A stretch of 9,547 nucleotides of DNA from Geosiphon pyriformis uo1 (Eukaryota; Fungi; Glomeromycota). The notes beneath the pieces are model-generated. The model saw nothing but the letters and a program-made list of their open reading frames with translations, was not told where the DNA came from and did no database searches. Shown one piece after another: positions 1 to 7,324 of the stretch. Within the stretch, counting starts at the first letter, position 1; each line of letters starts with the position of its first letter. The stretch is from NCBI GenBank assembly GCA_016748015.1, contig JAAOMT010000021.1, forward strand, positions 1 to 9,547, given 5' to 3'. Made by a program: the position numbers and the translations under genes.

Positions 1-1
1 T

Positions 2-466
2 GTATTTGTTATAGCTGTAAAAAGATTAGAAGTTCGTTATATTAATGATCTCTTCTATGCTTAGATTGTTTTTTACAAGCCCAGATAAAATTTTTATACT
101 TTTAAAAATAGGACAGTTGTACCTTCTACCATTTTTTCATATTTACTACAATAATAATCTACTTAATTTACAGTTTTCTAGAATATTGTATATAATATTA
201 ACCAATCTTTGTCTTGTAACAGTTTGATATAATCACAATCTATTTATTAAGATTTGGATTTCTTATAAATAAAAGACAGTGCCTTTTGGTTTTGTATTTA
301 CTGTTTTAATTTTTCTATAAAATACTATAAATGCCTAAAATAATATTTATCACACTTTTTAATACATTTATCTGTTAAAACAACTAGAATTATATTCTTT
401 AAACCTAATTCCTAAAAGGTTAATTATAAATTCAAAAAAGAATTTAAAATTTGGATTTTCATCCAT
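2..466 (-). pseudogene. Possible highly decayed tyrosine recombinase (Crypton-like) fragment
   Basis: One minus frame with 11 stops reads ..LLGIRFKE..AFIVFYRK..PKGTVFYL*..L*LYQTVTRQRLVNIIYNILENCKL..KNGRRYNCPIFKS..GLVKNNLSIEEIINITNF*SFYSYNKY. Motif order resembles YR boxes I/II, but the catalytic His residues are absent. Confidence 0.33.
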
Positions 467-858
467 TACTAAACTGTTTAATTTGTCAAATTAACTTACA
501 AAACTTTTAATTTTTACTTTGAAAAGTTCTTAAAACCTGAATAAAAACTTTTTATTTCTTGTTCAAAAATATAAATAACTTTTATATTATTTATAAGTTT
601 TTAATAATATTATTTATATTATTATTAAATTTTTAATATAATATTAAAATTAAATAAGTTATTTTTGGCTAAAATTCTGATTTATTAGTTTTTTTGAGTT
701 TTAAATGTAATATTATTGCTTTTTTTAAAATAAAAACTTAAATATAAATATCAGTGTTTATAATATTGTGTTTTTTATTTTAACAAAGTTTTAGATAATT
801 ATATTGGTTTTAAAATATGTTCTGGTTTTTTATTTTGTTAATATAATTTTAAAAGTAA

Positions 859-871
859 TAATTAAGATATT
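859..871. repeat. Candidate target-site duplication, left copy
   Basis: taattaagatAtt (859-871) vs taattaagatTtt (7312-7324): 12/13 identical, 10 bp exact. Confidence 0.45.
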
Positions 872-889
872 TTTTTTTAATATTTTAAT
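870..889 (-). terminator. Candidate poly(A) signal (ATTAAA, 884-889) and residual poly(A) tail (A9, 870-878)
   Basis: Minus strand reads cATTAAAatattAAAAAAAAA about 120 nt after the ORF2 stop, next to the candidate TSD. The AT-rich context lowers specificity. Confidence 0.55.
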
Positions 890-949
890 GAGTAAAGTCT
901 AAATACTTTTTAGTACAATACATCAAATAATTGATCTAAACTAGGTGTG

Positions 950-974
950 AATCATGTATTTTTTATACATGACC
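950..974 (-). other. Stem-loop in LINE 3' UTR
   Basis: Perfect 8-bp inverted repeat tcatgtat (952-959) / atacatga (965-972) with a 5-nt loop, extendable by two G-U pairs on the minus-strand RNA. Confidence 0.6.
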
Positions 975-1480
975 AGTCATTCAAGCTAATCAAGACAATG
1001 TTAAGCATCTAAATAAACAGAAATAGAATCCCCAATATCCAAAAAAAAACAAGCAAAACTTACAAAACCCAAAGTTAGTACCAAATGTCTCAGCAATACT
1101 GAGCAATCTAATCACATTAACAGAAAGCACTAAGAACAGTCCAGAGACTGAAACCAGAACCAAACCATTATGTAGTATCAGTCTATTTTTTTCCATGAAT
1201 GCACAATGTTTAGCATGGACAACCCAAACCTCATTCTTGAAAGCAAAGCAGAAGTCATGCACAAAGTTCACAATCTTTTGATCTGCAATCTTTAAATCCC
1301 CAAAAACAGCCAATCATTAAAGACAAAATCTTTGTAAAAAGCCATACACACTGCTATATTTGAAACACAGGAAGATAACAACTGAGACACACATGAAGAG
1401 AAGCAAAGAAAACCAGAAAGCACACCCTAAGTAACCAAATAGACATTTAACAATTAACGGCAAACAGAATCATCAACCAT

Positions 1481-1528
1481 ACAAGAAAATGCATGATCTG
1501 AAATCTCAATATTACTATAATACAAACA
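1481..1528 (-). other. C-terminal zinc-binding motif of ORF2 (zf-RVT-like)
   Basis: CLYYSNIEISDHAFSC fits C-x2-[C>Y]-x7-H-x3-C. The second Cys is TAT, a single G>A from TGT. Confidence 0.7.
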
Positions 1529-1569
1529 CAACACACTAGAGTAATACCATAAAAAAAGAGAAGTCACAT

Positions 1570-1908
1570 TAGTAAGCACATTAGCACACACATTATCCGA
1601 TACATCCAAATGCTCTTTTACTTTGTGCCAACTAATGTTAAATTTTTTTTCTGAATAATGTTCACTATGTGCTGTCACTCAACTCAACACCAATTCCAAA
1701 AATCTGGATGCACAAGACCCAAATCCAATTTACATGTATCCAAAGCAGCCTAATTGTCTATAAAAAAATAAACTAAGCTAAGAGAAAGAACACACTCAAG
1801 AGCCAATGCAACAGCTTGCAGTTCTGTCAAAATAAAAAACATCAGACCCAAAACTCTGACTCCCAAACTCAAATTAATATCTTCAAAATAAACTGTTATA
1901 CCAGCTCT
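1570..1908 (-). other. RNase H domain remnant, N-terminal catalytic strand missing
   Basis: RAGITVYF, TELQAVALAL (catalytic E), FIDN*AALD (DSQ motif) and WHKVKEHLDVSDNVCANVL (W.KVKGH.G..GN..AD.LA). No upstream YTDGS-type motif. Confidence 0.88.
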
Positions 1909-2740
1909 AAATTTACCAGTCTTTAAAACATTCAAAGTTTCAAAAACACCCAAAGAAGCCAAGTGAGTGAGAAAAGAAGCCACATCATTAAGGAAGCTGA
2001 CAGAATGTCCAAACCAATCAAAAACAGAATGTGAATTCAACTTTTTCTAATGCTTGAATGTTTTCTAATCAAAAACAAAATCATCTTTACAGTGAAGCTG
2101 TCTCACAAAAGCAATACCATAGCACCAAAAAAATGGTAGAAACTTAAAAAATTTAGACTTGCTAAGAACTAATAACATAGAAGTTCTACCATGAAAACAG
2201 AAAGAACTGGTCATATAATTAACTAAGAACAACCCACATTCAAGAAAAATACAAACCACATCTGCCAAAAAATTATTAGAAGCACTGATTCTAATATGAG
2301 CAGAGAAGACCAAAAGTTAAAGCAAACTTCAAGACAGAATTTGCAAGTCATAAGACTGATGCAAAAACAAATAACCCAAAATTCTAATAGAATTTGCAAA
2401 ACACACTACAAAAACCACTTTGTTTTTAGCCTAGACCTGCTCAAAAGTTTTCAAACTATACAATAAAAAATGATAGAGCACATCATTGGGAAAATTATAA
2501 GACAGACTGAATTTTAACTTTAAGCTTTTACGGATTAAAATATCTCACTTATTGTACATATTAATAAAAACAAAGCTGAATTGCATTTTGTAGCTAACAA
2601 TGGGATAAAAAACTGCTGATACCAAATACAAAAATTGCTTATTAGAAACAGTCTTCTTTAAAACAAAGTAAAAAAAAACAGATATCAGAATGTGCCTTAG
2701 CCAAGCTAGACTTTGATAAACCCTTAGTTAACAGAAAGAT

Positions 2741-3700
2741 ACCTAAGTAGTAATGAGATTTGCCCTTTTTGGTGATAGAAATAAACAAACCATTAATAGA
2801 CAAATTAGGGCTAACAACTCTGTAATTAATAAAAATAACTATTGTCTTGTTATTATTAATAAAAATGTTATTGATCCAAAAAAATTCACTAGCAATATTG
2901 AGGATGTGTTGAGTCACAGTTTGACTGCTACCAATTCAGATTGTGTTATTAACAAAAGCATCCACAGTAAAAAAAAAAGTCAATTTAGCTTGAGATTCCA
3001 AATAATCTGTCCTAGCAACATAATAAGAGTTCAGCTTGTATTCACATATACTTTCCTGTTTCTTGATCTTACACAAGAGAGGATCATAAAATATGTGCCA
3101 AAAAAGCGATAAAAACACCTCTCTCTGGTCTAAACCATTATGTATCCAATATATATCTGTTAACTCAAAATTTGTCATAACCCTATTAATATAATCATTG
3201 TGAATGCCACCAAAAAATCTAATAAACTTGTTATATATTTTTATTTTAATTAAGCTTTTTCTAAGATGTTCTCATCCAACAAAGTTATAGGCCTTTTTCA
3301 TATCTTGCAAGACCAACCAGAGTTCATGATTTTTTTCCAAAACATTCTTAATGACTAAACCAATGGCAAAAATAGGAAATTGTATTATTATTCTTTTTAA
3401 AACTAAAAAATTGTCCTTATGCAAAACATTAAAAGTGCTACATACCAATGAAATCCTGTCTAAAAAAATTTTAAAAAGAATTTTATAAACAGTTTTAATT
3501 AAAGCAATAGGCTGAGTATTAGTGAGAATGTTCTTCTATTTGTAAAACTTAGAGATTATCAAGACCCAAGCTTTCTTTTAAACATAGAGCACTGACTCAC
3601 AAGACAAACAAGAATTCAAAAATGCCAAAAGCATATCTAAAACTGTCCTGTCACAATGTTTTTAAAGCTTATTTAAGATCCCAGAAAAATCAGCAGCCTT
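2741..3700 (-). other. Reverse transcriptase domain remnant (non-LTR type)
   Basis: KAADFSG, NTQPIALI..YKIL (RPI.L), LQDMKKAYNFV (motif A, D at 3302-3304), GLDQREVFLSLFW.IFYDPLL (QG..SP motif), AFVNN (Y/FxDD, 2945-2959), INNNKT and YLG (2741-2749). Confidence 0.95.
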
Positions 3701-4574
3701 ACCATCAGACAAATTAGAAACCACACCAAACAACTTATTAAAGCCAACCAGACTCATTATATTTGAGAAAGCATTATTAAAAATGTACTCCAAAAACTAA
3801 TATTAATAAGACCATTTATCAGAGAAATTAGCCTCTATTCTATACTTTTTAGTCCAGTGCTCTATAATCAAATTTACCTCAGTCTTAACCAGTTTGGGTT
3901 TCAGAATTAGTTAATCTTTAATGACCAAATAATTTAAAACTATCTTTCAAAAAAAATGCTCTAGCACACTCCTAATTGTATGACCCTTATTAACTGCAAA
4001 ATTTTCTATTTTTTTTATCAATGACTGATCTGATTCCTAACACTTTAATTCACAAAACCTCAGCAAGCTTGGAGGCATGATAAAATTTTCTCACACTAAA
4101 AAGAGCCAAATGCATATGATCAAAATTTACACCAAAGTCCACAAGATTCTGAATAATCAAAGCCTTAACACTATTTAAAAAATTTCAGCACTTCATAAGA
4201 GAAACAAATCTGTTAGAACTTTTTTCACAAAAAATTTTGACAATTCTTGAAACCAAAAGCTCCAGTTTATGAAACCTAAAAAAATCCTTGGTGAAAACAT
4301 TATCATAGTTTTTGAACCATTTTTTTTTGAATATCTCATTAGCCAAAAGTGTCATTATTTTGTGAACAACATCCTCCATCACACCCAGATCTGAAAACTT
4401 CAAAAAAACTACAAACTCATTAGAGAACATTGTTGCATTGGCTGCTGTAGTGTTTTTGAAATCATTTCACTTTGTATCACTAACACTCTTATACTCAAAT
4501 TTCTATTGGTTCTTATTAGCTTGTCTGTGAATAGAGTTCAACTGTGTATTCAAAAGTCTATCCAAACTCACAGA

Positions 4575-5259
4575 CATAGAAACTACTTGATAATCAGTGT
4601 TAAAATGTTCACTGTTATTCACAATATTGTAATCTATTATTATATTAACCAAATTTGAAGAAATAAACACATAATTAATTGTCTTTTCTGCACTCCTTGA
4701 ATTATTTTATGTAAGATCTTTTGCAATTGAACTTCTTGACAAAGAATTAACCAGCCCCAAATTGAGATTTTTCTTAAGACTTGCATATTTGCAAGAACTA
4801 TTCTCATTGAAATTCCCACTTAATACAACAAAAAAAAATTATTCACAGCCTTAGCTATCAGAAAATTAATTTCACCAGTCTGAAAAAAATAAACAGCCAG
4901 AAAAGCATCAGCATAAATTCCCAAAATTGAAACAGAAAGTTTATTCTTAAAGAGCAGCTTGACAGAGAGGAGCTGACCAAACACTTCAGAAACTTTATAC
5001 ACATGATGAGCAGAGAAATATTCATAATGATTGCCATTCCAGTACCAAGAAATCTTTTGTTCAACCCAGATAAAAAAACCCTAACTCCATTAAACTTATT
5101 CTTAATTCATGATCTATTATTAATCCTCAACTTTGTCTCCATAACTATTAAAACCAAATTCTCAGAATCTCTATGCCAATGAATAACATCTTTCTGCTTG
5201 GCAAGAATATTGATACTGCAAACATTACATGTAACAATTTTTGACACAAAATTATTTAT
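4575..5259 (-). other. Apurinic/apyrimidinic-like (APE/EEP) endonuclease domain remnant
   Basis: Ordered motifs TCNV, METKL, GTGMAII, ILGIYA, LSGNFN (GDFN; N at 4812-4814), TINYVF (IDY; 4671-4679) and FNTDY (SDH/TDH; Y at 4590-4592). Confidence 0.92.
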
Positions 5260-7218
5260 TGAGGAGTAAAAAAAGCTGATAAACCCAAACCAAAGCACAA
5301 ACAATTCAATCTTTCTAAAACTGATTCAACTGACACTTCCAAAGCCACCATCTTAGATTTCAATCCACCCACTTTGGTGGTCAAAACCTTAAAACTACTT
5401 GAGCTAAAGTTAGCAACTGTATTTACAACAACCAAAAGAGGAAGAACAAAAAACATCAACATATTATCTAGAACCATATCCGAATCCAAATTAAAAACCA
5501 AAGATGCTAGAGCAACTAGAGAGAATACACAAGACTTAGACGCTAAGAGCATTATTTCTACAAAGATCAATTTTTTTATAATAACAGAAACCTAATTTGC
5601 CAAAAGCTTTAAAGAGCATTCCAAAGAAGCCAAATGATTAACCAAACAGAAGTCACTAGGAGAATTAGAAACTATTAAGATAGATTTTGCATCTGAAGAC
5701 AAATTAGTACTAAAAGAATCTAATAAGATCACATGAGAAAAAAAACCATCAGCATTTTGGATCTAAGTCTTGCCACTGAAAGAAACTGGATGAACAATAA
5801 GTATCTGCTTTTTCTTATAAATGTTGGCCAAGTAAACACAATTCTAAGAAGTTACCACCTACTTATTATAACCACTAAGATTCTCATTTACTGCACAATT
5901 AACAGATATATGCTTAAATTGTTTACATCAAACACAACAGGTCAAAGAAAAACCAGACCAGTGCAAATTCACATTTTTAAATACTAAAATAGAGCCAATA
6001 GCAGCTAATTTGATTGCTTTATTTTTAAAACACACTATAACACACCTATCATGCACATATAAATTTGGATTACAGCCAATGATACAAGTTTTTTCACCAT
6101 AAAAAACCAATAAATCAGATAAATTATGAGCAATAGTGCTAACTAAAAATGTATACAACAAAACCTGATGCTGGTTTCTAAACACCCATGTTTGTTTATT
6201 ATTAATTATTTTTGCCACATAAACAGAATTTTTTTCTATAAAAACAGACTATCTAACTGTGACCAAATTAGCTATCTCAAATGATTCATATTTTACCAAA
6301 GCTTTTTGCCATAAATCAATCAATTGTATTTTAATTAATACAATTTTACCAAATTTAGAAAAAATTGACTCTATGGCCAATTTAGAAAAATTGACTGGAA
6401 TCTCCTTAACAATTATTTTCTGATCTAAACAGCTGTTTAATTTTCTTAAATCATCATTAACAAGAATTTTTTTACAGATTGCCAATTTTTTTGCCTTATT
6501 CAAACTAGATTCAAATGTAAAAGATAATCTAATAATTCTTAAAAATTTTGAGAGAATAGAGGCCTTCCCAAAACCATCAATTTGATAGAAAATTTTTTTA
6601 ATTGCAATTAATTTATTACTATTAGTCTTTTCAAGTATTGCTAACAGTTCAATATCTAATATGAATGATTTAGCAAAACTAAAATTCCTAATGTTCATAT
6701 TTTGCAATTCAGTTAATAGTAGCTTATAAGATTTAGAAAACTTAGGCATTAGAAACACCAATTTGGCATTATTGTTACTCAAAGTATCAAAAGAAAGCAC
6801 ATTTGGCAGCCATTTCAATACATAAGTTTTTATATATGTCTTCCTTAGAATAGTGTTGTCTATTATGTTATCTGTTTTAGAAGTATTGAAGTCAATATAG
6901 CTTATTTTTTTAGTGACTGTGTTTTTTATGTTCTCTATATCTGACATCTTACTAATACTGTTTTTTTTGTTGTCTATTTTACTGCCTTAAAATTTAGTAT
7001 GCTCAATACCAGTAGCTTACAATATGTCAGCAAACAAAAGTTCAGCTGACAAATTTATCATGACACCAAAAGTCTCAGACTTTTTTGTCTTTTTGAATAA
7101 GAGATCACAAGAGTAGACATTTTCAACATGTGTCTTTTTTTTTATTTTCAAACTGGATTCCCAACTTAGTTAAGACCAAACTAGAACCACCAGCAGATAA
7201 TCCTACCTGTTTCATCAT
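5256..7218 (-). pseudogene. LINE ORF1 (gag-like nucleic-acid chaperone), disrupted
   Basis: Starts MMKQVGLSAGGSS at 7218 and joins track ORFs 6249-6947, 5928-6218 and 5256-5570. It contains RRM-like IIVKEIP..AIESIFSKFGKI..KALVKYES, a second RRM-like LLYT..HNLSDLL..CVIVCF, the knuckle CV*CKQFKHISVNC and heptad-like KVGGLKSKMVALEVSVESVLERL. Several stops and frameshifts. Confidence 0.88.
5895..5936 (-). other. CCHC zinc knuckle of ORF1 (C-x2-C-x4-H-x4-C)
   Basis: TGT GTT TGA TGT AAA CAA TTT AAG CAT ATA TCT GTT AAT TGT reads C V * C K Q F K H I S V N C. Spacing is canonical; the TGA is plausibly a deaminated CGA. Confidence 0.9.
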
Positions 7219-7311
7219 GACAAAAAGAGATGTGTTGGAAAAAATAACTTAGGGAAACAAAGAAAAAAAAGAAAAAAAAAAGTGATTTTTTCAAAAATTT
7301 TTTAAATTTTT
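7219..7311 (-). promoter_or_regulatory. LINE 5' UTR with initiator-like TCACTTT and pyrimidine tract
   Basis: Minus strand reads aaTCACTTTtttttttcttttttttctttgtttccc ... ATG. TCACTTT (7285-7279) fits YYANWYY. Confidence 0.35.
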
Positions 7312-7324
7312 TAATTAAGATTTT
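7312..7324. repeat. Candidate target-site duplication, right copy
   Basis: Matches 859-871. On the element strand it starts TT/AAAA (7326-7321), the L1-type endonuclease consensus. The same 10-mer also occurs at 7639-7648. Confidence 0.45.

Larger units (their letters stand above)
1001..5259 (-). pseudogene. LINE ORF2 polyprotein (APE endonuclease - RT - RNase H - zinc finger), disrupted
   Basis: About 4.26 kb of colinear coding remnants from (M>I)NNFVSKIVTCNV at 5259 to ...DIGDSISVYLDA* (TAA at 1001-1003, reached after correcting a frameshift in the T run at 1041-1049). Many premature stops. Confidence 0.93.
870..7311 (-). mobile_element. Degenerate near full-length LINE (non-LTR retrotransposon), two ORFs, APE-RT-RNase H type
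   Basis: Colinear minus-strand fragments give ORF1 (RRM + CCHC), then APE, RT, RNase H and zinc-finger motifs, followed by a 3' UTR and A9 tail. Composition shifts to more AT-rich flanks at both ends. Exact boundaries rest on the candidate TSD. Confidence 0.95.

Noticed and set aside
45-227. Plus-strand 60-aa ORF
   Set aside because: Low-complexity Leu/Ile/Phe/Asn content typical of AT-rich noise, no motifs, and antisense to the possible recombinase relic.
2753-3112. Plus-strand 119-aa ORF as an antisense gene
   Set aside because: Exact antisense shadow of the RT core; no independent motif.
2741-3700. Bacterial RT system (retron, DGR, group II intron, defence RT) or LTR element
   Set aside because: An upstream APE domain, RRM/CCHC ORF1 and poly(A) end, with no protease, integrase or LTRs, all point to a eukaryotic LINE.
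5374-5987. Plus-strand ORFs 5374-5595 and 5733-5987
   Set aside because: Antisense to ORF1; the Lys/Thr/Asn bias is simply the complement of the T/G-rich coding strand.
990-6947. Minus-strand ORFs as an operon of small separate genes, or as alternative genetic code readthrough
   Set aside because: They are colinear pieces of two LINE ORFs. All three stop types occur, at positions matching Trp, Gln or Arg, alongside frameshifts and dead catalytic residues, which indicates decay and not recoding.
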